From: a bacterium
Lineage (GTDB): Bacteria > Hydrothermota > UBA3073 > JACQXS01
Direction: 5' to 3'
DNA length: 60,740 nt
Assembly (NCBI GenBank): GCA_030605695.1
Contig: JAUWHX010000013.1
Span: forward strand, 1-60,740
Shown: positions 9,047-17,663 of the stretch, piece by piece
Layout: each line of letters begins with the position of its first letter
Position numbering within the stretch: position 1 is the stretch's first letter
The notes under the pieces: generated by a model
The model's database searches: none
What the model was told of the DNA's origin: nothing
The model's input: the letters and a program-made list of their open reading frames with translations, nothing else
Position numbers and translations under genes: made by a program

Positions 9047-10164
9047 TATTTTACCTCCTTCTTAATTCTTAGTATGCTCTCCGAAGCGGCAATTCTTACT
9101 CTTGCATCAGTATCATTTTTCATCATATCTTCTAATACTGGAATAATACTTTTATCTCCAATTTTTCCAATAGCTTTTATTGCTTTGTATCTTATACCTC
9201 TACGAGAGTCCTTAATAGCATTCTTCAACTCACCTATGCCGGCTGGGTCTCCTGCCTCTGCCAATGCAATCGCTACTTTGAGTTTTTCATCTGCGGAGCC
9301 AGAAGCAAGTAATTTACGAAGAAGTGAAATACTCCTTTTATCTCCCATCTTCGCAAGTGTAAAAGCAGCTTCCCGACTCACACTACTTTCTTCGCTTCCA
9401 AGTAATCTCCTCAATGGAGGGATGGAAGTAACTCTTCCAACTCTTCCTAATGCTTGTATTGCTTTGATTTTTTCTCCAACCTCTTTCCCCTCAAGAGCTG
9501 AATGCAACACCTTTAATCCTTCTTCCTCACCTATCTTTGCAAGAGCTTCAGCTGCCTCACGTCTTACTGCAGGTTTCTTTTCTTTTAAGTTTTCTTTCAA
9601 AAGAGAAATTGAACTTTCTTCTTTTATCTCACCAAGAGTTTTAATGGCTGAAACTTTCATTGCCTCCCTTTCTTTTTTATTCAAAGAAAGAGGCGGTGGA
9701 GCAGTTCCTACACCTTCTTTTTCCGCAATTCTGATTTCTTCAAGCTCTAAACCTTTCTTTTTCTTGCCTTCCTTTCTTTTTCTTGCCAATTCAGCTCTTT
9801 GTTTAGCTCCCGAAGGCAATTCTTTAAGCAAAGGAGCAGGTGTTTCCATACGCTTTTCCAAAGTATCTCTTTCAAGTGAAATACCCCCCTTTTCTCCTCC
9901 AAACCGTGTAGATGCAATACCTTTAGTATAAACTTTCTTTCCCATAATATCCTCAGATAGAGTTTTCTCCTTTTGTGATTTTTCTTTCTTAAATGCTTTC
10001 TTTTTGGCCTTAACTTTACTCTTGAGCGATACAGTAGTATCGGACTTTTCCTTCTTGGATTTCTTTTTCTTGGATTCTTCCTTTGCCTCTAATGTAAAAG
10101 ATAGAAGACAGAAGACAAGAGACAAGAGACAGAAGACTTTTATTTTGCTGATTCTGTATCTCAT
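9046..10164 (-). CDS. secreted or anchored Lys-rich HEAT-repeat protein
   Basis: Signal-like N-terminus, KKKSKKEK-rich linker, about 6 HEAT-like repeats (ALG.IG...IP.L). Stop and start overlap the next gene by 1 nt. Confidence 0.7.
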   Translation of the reverse strand: MRYRISKIKVFCLLSLVFCLLSFTLEAKEESKKKKSKKEKSDTTVSLKSKVKAKKKAFKKEKSQKEKTLSEDIMGKKVYTKGIASTRFGGEKGGISLERDTLEKRMETPAPLLKELPSGAKQRAELARKRKEGKKKKGLELEEIRIAEKEGVGTAPPPLSLNKKEREAMKVSAIKTLGEIKEESSISLLKENLKEKKPAVRREAAEALAKIGEEEGLKVLHSALEGKEVGEKIKAIQALGRVGRVTSIPPLRRLLGSEESSVSREAAFTLAKMGDKRSISLLRKLLASGSADEKLKVAIALAEAGDPAGIGELKNAIKDSRRGIRYKAIKAIGKIGDKSIIPVLEDMMKNDTDARVRIAASESILRIKKEVK

Positions 10165-10183
10165 ATTGTATTTTCTTCTTTTA

Positions 10184-11746
10184 TTATATAAACTCGAAAA
10201 TCAATTTGCAAGTATTTAATTTCAAAATTTCATCTTTATCTTTTATCAGTTCTTTTAATACAGGCATAGCTTTTCTTTTACCACATTTAAGCATCACAAG
10301 ACCTGCATATAAACGTTCATACTTCTCTGTGGAATTTAATGCTTTTTCAACTTCTTCCATCACTGTTTTATCTTCAAGTTCCATCTTTGAAAGTGCTCCC
10401 CAACATCTTCTTCTTATAATATTTGCAGATGGACTAAATTCAACAATATCTTCATCTCCTCTTCTATTAATTATCCCCTTAGCAATATAAAATCCATTAA
10501 TTTCAGGTATTTCCTTAACTTTCATCATTGTTTGAGACTCACCATTCATAAATTCTTCCCACAGGATTCGAGATATAGCCACCGAGTCTTGCGGAGTTAA
10601 ATCAGTGCTAAATTCATTTAATAAAAAAGCAGTAAGAGCTCTTATATCAGTCGCAGAGTCCCAAAGCAAGTCTTTTACCAAAGGAACCCAACTTTCCTCA
10701 TGCCACCCCATCATCCTTTTATTTCCAAGTAAATATATGGCATATAATCCTTTAACTCTCTTCTCATACAATTCGCTCTTTAATATCTCTTCTATTGTTG
10801 GTATACCTACTGAATACCCTAAATTGAATAACAAAACTGCAGACGCTATCCTCAAACTTTCATTATTCTCATTCAAATAAACTACGAGTTCCGGAATAAT
10901 TGTAGTATCACCAAAATCTACCGCACACCAAGCTGCAGCAATTATAGAAGCTACACTCCTTTCTTCGTATATTATCTCGCTCAACTTTTTCACAGATTGA
11001 ACCTCACCAAGTCCAATCAAAGCTGATAAAGAATAAACTCTCTTTTTTTCATCGCCACTATTTGTAAGCACCTCAAGTACCGGAATACCAGTCTTATTTC
11101 CACGCCAACCTAATATAAGAGCGGATGAATTCTTTATCTCCAAATTCTCTGAACCTAAAAGTGTCTCAAGCCCTCTTTTTGCCATATAAGAAAGTGTATT
11201 AGTATATCCGAAAAAAGTGCCTACTAAACCAACAATAATTAAAATCCCAATTCCTAAACATATTTTTTTAAACTTCCATTTTAGATGAATTTCAACTAAC
11301 TTTAATTTATTCATTATATCTTCATCATTAGGAAGTAATTCCTGAACCTTGAGAAAGGATTTCTTTGCTCGCACAAGATGAGTTTTGAAATATTGCTCCC
11401 CCTTATATCGTTGTTCATCTATTATCTTTATCTTCTGAATTACGGCATCCAATAGTTTCGACGCCTCCTCAAGCATCACAGGAGGACCTTTTATCTCTTC
11501 GTACCGAGCTTTAGCTTCCTCGTATTTCCAACTTTGTTCAAGTTTCTTACCATCTTCTAAAAGTTTTTTGCCTTCTTCATATTGAGCTATATCAAGACCA
11601 CAAGACTCACAAATATCCTTAAGAAAAGGTATTTTTCGCTTGCAACCGGGGCACTCCTTAAGTAAAAGAGTTTCACAATAAATACAATATTTCACACCTT
11701 CAGGTAATTCCCGTTCGCACTTTGGACATCTTATCACTTTTTCCAT
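10184..11746 (-). CDS. double zinc-ribbon / coiled-coil / single-TM / HEAT-repeat protein
   Basis: CPKCERELPEGVKYCIYCE...CPGCKRK...CESCG ribbons, one TM (ICLGIGILIIVGLVGTFF), HEAT-like C-terminal half. Confidence 0.7.
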   Translation of the reverse strand: MEKVIRCPKCERELPEGVKYCIYCETLLLKECPGCKRKIPFLKDICESCGLDIAQYEEGKKLLEDGKKLEQSWKYEEAKARYEEIKGPPVMLEEASKLLDAVIQKIKIIDEQRYKGEQYFKTHLVRAKKSFLKVQELLPNDEDIMNKLKLVEIHLKWKFKKICLGIGILIIVGLVGTFFGYTNTLSYMAKRGLETLLGSENLEIKNSSALILGWRGNKTGIPVLEVLTNSGDEKKRVYSLSALIGLGEVQSVKKLSEIIYEERSVASIIAAAWCAVDFGDTTIIPELVVYLNENNESLRIASAVLLFNLGYSVGIPTIEEILKSELYEKRVKGLYAIYLLGNKRMMGWHEESWVPLVKDLLWDSATDIRALTAFLLNEFSTDLTPQDSVAISRILWEEFMNGESQTMMKVKEIPEINGFYIAKGIINRRGDEDIVEFSPSANIIRRRCWGALSKMELEDKTVMEEVEKALNSTEKYERLYAGLVMLKCGKRKAMPVLKELIKDKDEILKLNTCKLIFEFI

Positions 11747-11762
11747 TACAGCTTAATCCTTT

Positions 11763-14084
11763 CTATTTTAGAGCTATAGATATAACATCAGCTACTCTTT
11801 TTACAAATTTAAATTTAATTCCTCTACTCACATACGCTGGAACTTCTTCTAAATCCTTGCGATTCCATTCAGGAAGAATTACTGTCTTTATCCCTGCCCT
11901 CTTGGCTGCTATTACTTTCTCTCTTATGCCTCCTACTGGCAAAACTTTACCATGAAGTGTTATTTCACCTGTCATCGCTATCCCCGGATTAATTGGCTTG
12001 CCTTTTAACAATGAAACAAGTGCAGTTACTATCGCTACACCTGCCGAAGGACCATCTTTTGGTGTAGCTCCCTCTGGGAAATGAATATGAATGTCAGTAT
12101 TATCAAAAAAGTTTTCTGCCACTTTTAATTTCTTGGCAAAACTCCGAACATAAGAAAGAGCCGCCTGAGCTGATTCCTTCATTACATCTCCGAGCTTGCC
12201 TGTTAAACTAATCTTACTTTCGCCCTTCATTTTTATCGCTTCAATAAACATAATTGTTCCACCATAAGGAGTATATGCAAGTCCCGTTGCTACACCAATT
12301 TCCCCTTCCATTTCACGAAGTTCATGGAAAAACTTTGGTGGACCAAGAAATTTTAATAAGCTTTTTTTATTTATTATAGTTTTATTAGCTTTTCCACTTG
12401 CTACTTCTTTCGCAACTTTCCTTATGCAACTTGCAATCTCACGCTCAACATTTCTTACACCTGCCTCACGAGTATAACCTTGGATTATCTCTAAAATAGC
12501 ACTGTCTGTAAATTTTACGTATTTCTCAGAAAGCCCATTTTCTTTTACCTGTCTTGGAATTAGCCAGTTTTTTGCTATTCTGATTTTCTCCTCAGCAATG
12601 TAACCTGGCAAGTTTATTACCTCCATTCTGTCCCTTAAAGCTGGTAAAATAGGGTCAACTATATTCGCTGTCGTTATGAACATCACTTTTGAAAGGTCAA
12701 ATGGAACATCCAAATAGTGGTCCGAGAAATGCTTGTTCTCCTCAGGGTCAAGTGCTTCAAGCAAAGCTGCTGCAGGGTCTCCCCTAAAATCAGCTCCTAT
12801 TTTGTCAATTTCATCTAACATAAAAACAGGATTTTTTGAGCCGGCACGATTTATCTGCTGAATTATCCTACCAGGAAGTGCTCCTACATAGGTTCTACGA
12901 TGACCCCTTATTTCAGCTTCGTCGCGAACACCCCCGAGTGAAAACCTCACAAACTTTCTACCAAGTGCCCTTGCTATTGACATACCCAAGGAAGTTTTGC
13001 CTACCCCGGGAGGTCCAGCAAAACATATAATCGGTCCCTTAGTGTCAGTCTTTAATTTACGAACCGCCAGATATTCAAGCATTCTCTCTTTTATATCTTT
13101 AAGGTCATAATGGTCCTCGTCAAGTATTTTTTTTGCTCTTTTTATATCAAGATTATCTTTACTCTCTTTCTTCCAGGGTAAAGAAGTCAGCCAGTCTAAA
13201 TATGTTCGGCAAACCGTATATTCAGCCGCCGCAGGTGGAATACGTTCAAGTCTATTAACTTCTTTTTCTGCCACTTCTTTTGCTTCTTTCGGTAATCCAA
13301 CTGTTTTTATCTTCTTCTTAAATTCTTCAATCTCCACTGTTCGGTCATCTTTCTCGCCAAGCTCTTTCTTAATTGCTTTTAGTTGCTCCCTCAGAAAATA
13401 TTCTCGTTGACTCTTGCCAAATTCTGTCTTCACATCTGACCTTATTTTTTCACCAAGTCCCAAAATGTTTTCTTCTTTTGCAAGTATGGGAACAAGACCC
13501 GCTAACCTCTCTTTTGGGTCACAAATTTCAAGCAACTCTTGTTTCTCTTTTGCTGAAAGATTCAAATTGCTTGCAACTAAATCTGCAAGTTTTCCAGGCG
13601 AACTTATATTCATTGCACTTATCTGAAGTTCTTCGGGAAGATAAGGAGCACGTTTTACAATCTGCTGAAATGCGTTCCCTACACTTCGCACCAATGCCTC
13701 AAGCTCTAAATCTTTCTTCTTCTTGGTTTTCTCTCTGAGTGGTTTAATCTCTGCCTTCATAAATGGGTCTCGTTCTATAATCTTTTGAATCTTTATCCTT
13801 TCTACCCCTTGAATAATTATACGAACAGACTCGTCAGGAAACCTGAGCATCTTCAACACTATGCTCGCCACCCCTATATGATAAAAATTATGTTCATCAC
13901 GTTCATCAAGCTTAGGACTCTTGAGTGTAAAACTACCTACTATTTTATCCTGAGTAGCAAGAACCCAATCTATCAACTTTATACTTCTCTCATCTTTTAC
14001 AACAAGAGGAACTATCATACCCGGGAAGACAACTAAATCTTCTACAGTTAAAACAGCTAAACGCTTTGGTATTCGCCTCTCCAT
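11763..14084 (-). CDS. lon: ATP-dependent Lon protease
   Basis: 773 aa with GPPGVGKTS Walker A and PKDGPSAGVA catalytic Ser motif. Confidence 0.95.
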   Translation of the reverse strand: MERRIPKRLAVLTVEDLVVFPGMIVPLVVKDERSIKLIDWVLATQDKIVGSFTLKSPKLDERDEHNFYHIGVASIVLKMLRFPDESVRIIIQGVERIKIQKIIERDPFMKAEIKPLREKTKKKKDLELEALVRSVGNAFQQIVKRAPYLPEELQISAMNISSPGKLADLVASNLNLSAKEKQELLEICDPKERLAGLVPILAKEENILGLGEKIRSDVKTEFGKSQREYFLREQLKAIKKELGEKDDRTVEIEEFKKKIKTVGLPKEAKEVAEKEVNRLERIPPAAAEYTVCRTYLDWLTSLPWKKESKDNLDIKRAKKILDEDHYDLKDIKERMLEYLAVRKLKTDTKGPIICFAGPPGVGKTSLGMSIARALGRKFVRFSLGGVRDEAEIRGHRRTYVGALPGRIIQQINRAGSKNPVFMLDEIDKIGADFRGDPAAALLEALDPEENKHFSDHYLDVPFDLSKVMFITTANIVDPILPALRDRMEVINLPGYIAEEKIRIAKNWLIPRQVKENGLSEKYVKFTDSAILEIIQGYTREAGVRNVEREIASCIRKVAKEVASGKANKTIINKKSLLKFLGPPKFFHELREMEGEIGVATGLAYTPYGGTIMFIEAIKMKGESKISLTGKLGDVMKESAQAALSYVRSFAKKLKVAENFFDNTDIHIHFPEGATPKDGPSAGVAIVTALVSLLKGKPINPGIAMTGEITLHGKVLPVGGIREKVIAAKRAGIKTVILPEWNRKDLEEVPAYVSRGIKFKFVKRVADVISIALK

Positions 14085-14190
14085 AAAAATTATATTAAAC
14101 CACAGAGGTTACAGAGAACAGATATTCCTTCCCTTATATTTTTTACCTCTGTGTTCTCTGTCGCAGACTCTGTGAGTGGTTCATTTCTTA

Positions 14191-15081
14191 TTACCTCATC
14201 AAAATGAGCTTCAAAGTGGAGTTTTCCTCTTTTCCACTCAATTTAGCAAAATATATACCTCCCGGCAAAGGAGTTCCGTCTTCACCTCTCCCATCCCATT
14301 TTACATTGCTAATTGCTAATTGATTATTGATAATTGGCAATTTCCTTACAACCCTACCGCAAACATCAAGAATTTCAAGTTTTGAATCTTTTAACTCTGA
14401 ACTCTCAACTCTAAACTCTGTACTCCTAATAAATGGATTCGGATACGCCTGCAATCTATAATTTGCAATTTCATTATCTTCTTCCTCAATTCCAGTCCCT
14501 CCTGATATATAAACATCATCAATCCCAAAATACGCATTAGCTCCGGCCATACTGATTGACGACCCTCCTCCTCCATGACACACAAATTTAATACCACTTA
14601 CAGTATCATTATAGATTTTCTCCCATTTTGTCCATACTGAAACTTCGTCACTTGTATCTGGATCAGAGGGGCCAGCATTCACTTGTCTTCCCCACTCTTT
14701 TTTCCATTCTCCACTTACTTTAATAAAAATCTCAACTCCAGCACCAGCGCACCCTTCATCAGTACATACAGTAGCTATATAATATTGATAATATATTCTA
14801 CAAGTGCAATTTTCTGTTTCCTTTACTTCTTGATATACTCTTGCTGTTCCACCACCACCAGCTCCTCCTCCTGCCGACATGTAACAACTTCGCGGCGACG
14901 AATGCCATTTAGATGAATCTGCTCTTACATATGCAATACCGGGCAACAATTTGTAGAATGTATAAACTGTCCACCCTGTATCCCAGGGAGTCATATCAAA
15001 AGATGGATTAAATACAAGGTTCTCAGCAGATAAAGAACCTGTAAAAATAACTAACCCTATAAAAATCAATACTCTCTTCAT
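14191..15081 (-). CDS. secreted protein with CBM-like N-terminal domain and T9SS C-terminal sorting domain
   Basis: Signal peptide plus YPNPF...WDGRGEDGTPLPGGIYFAKL C-terminus. Two in-frame 5x7-nt arrays lie in the sorting domain. Confidence 0.7.
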   Translation of the reverse strand: MKRVLIFIGLVIFTGSLSAENLVFNPSFDMTPWDTGWTVYTFYKLLPGIAYVRADSSKWHSSPRSCYMSAGGGAGGGGTARVYQEVKETENCTCRIYYQYYIATVCTDEGCAGAGVEIFIKVSGEWKKEWGRQVNAGPSDPDTSDEVSVWTKWEKIYNDTVSGIKFVCHGGGGSSISMAGANAYFGIDDVYISGGTGIEEEDNEIANYRLQAYPNPFIRSTEFRVESSELKDSKLEILDVCGRVVRKLPIINNQLAISNVKWDGRGEDGTPLPGGIYFAKLSGKEENSTLKLILMR

Positions 15082-15091
15082 CTTAATAATC

Positions 15092-15120
15092 TGTGTCTAT
15101 CTGCGTTCATCTGTGGTTAA
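15092..15120 (-). repeat. 29-nt TTAACC(G/A)CAGATGAACGCAGATAGACACA motif (copy 2)
   Basis: One mismatch relative to 3669-3697. Lies just 3' of the hsp20 stop. Confidence 0.7.
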
Positions 15121-15124
15121 TATA

Positions 15125-15487
15125 CTATTTTTTCTTAAATGTTATCTTGTAAATCCCGTTCATACTTTTTAATTCCGCTTTCTTTCCTTCTATTGGAGTT
15201 AAAAGCTTTACATACCTTGAGAAAGTCCCGAAATGCAGTTCCATCCCATGACAGTTCTTTGAACCGCTTCTAATAGGGGAACGTCGCTTGCCCCATATAT
15301 GCAAAACATTATCGTGGTCTAATGAGAGATTTATATCTTTTGCCTTAACTCCCGCAAGTTCAACAAGCAAAATCACCTCTTTCTCTGTCTCATATATATC
15401 AATCGCTGGATTCCATACTTCCGTGAAAAGAATCTTATCAAGAAACTTATCTGATTCTTTGTCAATATCTTTAACTTCTTTAATCAT
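15125..15487 (-). CDS. Hsp20/alpha-crystallin small heat-shock protein
   Basis: 120 aa with PAIDIYETEKEVILLVELAGVKAKDI alpha-crystallin core. Confidence 0.8.
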   Translation of the reverse strand: MIKEVKDIDKESDKFLDKILFTEVWNPAIDIYETEKEVILLVELAGVKAKDINLSLDHDNVLHIWGKRRSPIRSGSKNCHGMELHFGTFSRYVKLLTPIEGKKAELKSMNGIYKITFKKK

Positions 15488-15522
15488 TGTTAGTATTTTA
15501 CTTTAAATTCTTAAATTGTCAA
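15485..15522 (-). promoter_or_regulatory. putative leaderless promoter of hsp20
   Basis: TTGACA(15517-15522)-16-TAAAAT(15495-15500)-7-ATG. Confidence 0.55.
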
Positions 15523-15531
15523 GGAAAAAAC

Positions 15532-15650
15532 GAACCACGAATTACACGAATTAATCGAATGGACACAAATAGCATAAAAGAATTTATAAAATAAGAAATT
15601 AGTGTAATTTGTCTAATTCGTGTCATTCGTGTTTATACTTTCATAGTATA
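15532..15650. mobile_element. MITE-like hairpin element made of CACGAAT words (family B, copy 1), flanked by a 13-nt direct repeat
   Basis: 18-bp inverted repeat, 17/18 matching (15536-15553 vs 15614-15631). Direct repeat tcaaggaaaaaac at 15519-15531 and 15651-15663. Related copy at 35391-35492 shares the ctttcatag motif. Confidence 0.5.
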
Positions 15651-15695
15651 TCAAGGAAAAAACTGATCTAACCACAGAGAAAACACAAGGAAGAA

Positions 15696-16646
15696 TTATT
15701 TAATAAATGAAGAGATAGCTCTTGATTCAAGGAACTCGGAACCGGAAGTTATTATTAAACCTGGAATCCTCAAACTATCTAATAGTGCGATTCCCTTTTC
15801 AGGACCAAGCACAAAAATCCCAGTAGAAAGTGCATCTGCAAATCCCGCATCATCTGAAATTATAGTCACAGAGATACACTCCCTTGCAGGCAAGCCGGTC
15901 AGGGGATTCAAAATATGATGATACCTAACCCCATTAAGTATAAAGTATTTCTCGTAATCTCCTGATGTAGCTACAGCCTGATTCTTAAGCTCCAGAACTT
16001 TCATAATTCCAGTTCCTCTTGGGTCTTTAATCCCTATACTCCAGATTCGGTCTCCAAATACTTTTATGTCTCCTCCTGCATTTACAAGTCCTGCTTTAAT
16101 GCCCGCTGATTTTAGTTCCTTAATTGCAAGGTCAACTGCATATCCTTTAGCGATACCAGATAAATCAAGCTTCACTTCAGGTTTCCCAAATTTTATTTTA
16201 GAGCCAATCAGCGTCACTTCCTTATAGTTTATTGAAGGAAGCATCTTTTTTATCTCCTCTTCTTCAGGAACACATTGACTCTCAAAATTACCCCATAACT
16301 CCATTACTGGACGGATTGTTATATCAAAAGCTCCGTTAGTCAAATCTCCTATTTCTATACCTTGTTTTATAATATGAAGCACTTCTTCCGAAATTTCGCA
16401 AACTTCACCTTTATTTATTCTTGCAATATCTCCTGAGCCAGCCCAACTTGCAAGACTGTCTATTCGTTCCATAATCTTAAAAGCTCTATCTATTGCTTTG
16501 CGAGGCGGTATTCTCGCAATAACTTTTATCTCACAGCTCGTGTTCATCAGCCATCTGGTGGCAGTGAACTCTTTTTCTCGCAGGAAAAAGATGACTAAAA
16601 GTGCAAATATAATTAAACTTCCTATAATCCAGATTCTCTTATTCAT
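15696..16646 (-). CDS. apbE: FAD:protein FMN transferase (ApbE family)
   Basis: N-terminal anchor and GIAKGYAVD motif, 316 aa. Confidence 0.85.
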   Translation of the reverse strand: MNKRIWIIGSLIIFALLVIFFLREKEFTATRWLMNTSCEIKVIARIPPRKAIDRAFKIMERIDSLASWAGSGDIARINKGEVCEISEEVLHIIKQGIEIGDLTNGAFDITIRPVMELWGNFESQCVPEEEEIKKMLPSINYKEVTLIGSKIKFGKPEVKLDLSGIAKGYAVDLAIKELKSAGIKAGLVNAGGDIKVFGDRIWSIGIKDPRGTGIMKVLELKNQAVATSGDYEKYFILNGVRYHHILNPLTGLPARECISVTIISDDAGFADALSTGIFVLGPEKGIALLDSLRIPGLIITSGSEFLESRAISSFIK

Positions 16647-16652
16647 CTTAGA

Positions 16653-17570
16653 TTACTCTACCTCAATCTTTCCGTTCCTGATATATGCCCATAGCATCTG
16701 CGGAGTATTAAAACCAAACCCCACATTTCCCTTTTTATCTATTCCTATTAGTCCGCATTTGCAATTATACTGGTTAGCAAGTTTCAACGCTAAATTTATT
16801 GCTTCCTGTGCTTTCATAGATTTCATTGCATCACAAACAGTCTTGGCAAGGCACAACTTGATAATACATTCACCGTGTCCTGTGCAAGATATAGCTCCAG
16901 AGTCACAGGCATAATTTCCTGCACCTATTATAGGCGTATCTCCAATTCTGCCGGGAAGATGCATAAACATCCCTCCTGTACTTGTTGCTGCCGCAAGCTT
17001 CCCTTCTTTATCAATCGCACAAGCTCCTACGGTTCCATATTTCTCAGTGGGTAGGTGAAAGCCTTCGCTTTCGCTATATTTATCCATAAGTTTTTTAAGC
17101 CCCGGCAAATACTCCAGAGGTTTATCCTCTTTTAATTTCTTTATTCCCTTTTCAAGCATTCTCTTTCTCCTTTGAGTCACAAGATTATACTTTGGGAAAC
17201 CCATAAGTCTTGCAAATCTCACAGCCCCTTCTCCTGATAAAATAATATGGTCTGTTTCCTCCATCACCTTTCTTGCAACAAGTATTGGGTTTTTCACTTC
17301 TTTAATGCAAGCAACAGCTCCAGCTCGCAAATCATCACTCATAATAGCGGCATCTAATTCTACTTCCCCTTCAATAGAAAGGGTAGCACCTGTTCCTGCA
17401 TTAAACCAGGGACTATCTTCAAGCTCAACCACTGCACGTTCTACTGCATCAAGAGCCGAACCATTATTTTTAAGAATTTCATAACCAAGCTCACAAACTT
17501 TAGCCATTATTCCCTTGCGTTTCTTGAAATTCTCTATTTTCCCGGCTCCCCCGTGGATAATAATTACCAT
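16653..17570 (-). CDS. isoaspartyl peptidase / plant-type L-asparaginase (Ntn hydrolase)
   Basis: MVIIIHGGAG start and GTVGACAID nucleophile motif. The track ORF's 5' extension to 17657 was rejected because it crosses the promoter region. Confidence 0.85.
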   Translation of the reverse strand: MVIIIHGGAGKIENFKKRKGIMAKVCELGYEILKNNGSALDAVERAVVELEDSPWFNAGTGATLSIEGEVELDAAIMSDDLRAGAVACIKEVKNPILVARKVMEETDHIILSGEGAVRFARLMGFPKYNLVTQRRKRMLEKGIKKLKEDKPLEYLPGLKKLMDKYSESEGFHLPTEKYGTVGACAIDKEGKLAAATSTGGMFMHLPGRIGDTPIIGAGNYACDSGAISCTGHGECIIKLCLAKTVCDAMKSMKAQEAINLALKLANQYNCKCGLIGIDKKGNVGFGFNTPQMLWAYIRNGKIEVE

Positions 17571-17607
17571 TATCTTGATAATATTACTCTGATTATTGAA
17601 AATGCAA
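17568..17607 (-). promoter_or_regulatory. putative leaderless promoter of the asparaginase-apbE operon
   Basis: TTGCAT(17602-17607)-18-TATTAT(17578-17583)-7-ATG. Confidence 0.5.
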
Positions 17608-17625
17608 CAAAAAAAGTCAAAACAC

Positions 17626-17663
17626 TTGACAAATATGTTCTCTATTATATAATTCAAGAAATG
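17626..17663 (+). promoter_or_regulatory. putative leaderless promoter of gcvPB
   Basis: TTGACA(17626-17631)-16-TATAAT(17648-17653)-7-ATG(17661), with no Shine-Dalgarno sequence. Confidence 0.6.

Noticed and set aside
9074-9931. Long antisense ORF (285 aa) and many other shadow ORFs of 60-140 aa, for example 528-941, 5664-6056, 16498-16914, 34194-34730, 35462-35839 and 59897-60208.
   Set aside because: They lie fully inside well-supported genes on the opposite strand, translate to low-complexity or Ser/Leu/Phe-rich sequence, and have no motifs or initiation signals.
14085-14190. Heat-shock operator (CIRCE-type TTAGCACTC-N9-GAGTGCTAA) or leaderless promoter upstream of lon.
   Set aside because: No CIRCE-like inverted repeat is present. 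The region is a CACAGAG/CTCTGTG word hairpin. A TAATAT-7-ATG arrangement exists, but the matching -35 (TTCTCT) is too weak to call.
16653-17657. 5' extensions of track ORFs: asparaginase to 17657, gcvPB from GTG 17553, tsaB to 7665, OmpA-like to 50508, OMP from 52931.
   Set aside because: The extensions overlap neighbouring genes or promoter elements and add non-homologous residues. Internal starts match family N-termini and have either an SD or the leaderless promoter geometry.
17571-17660. Glycine riboswitch upstream of gcvPB, or upstream of gcvT at 20857-20877.
   Set aside because: The intergenic spaces are 90 nt, fully occupied by two promoters, and 21 nt. Both are too short for the riboswitch, and I saw no conserved glycine-aptamer motifs.
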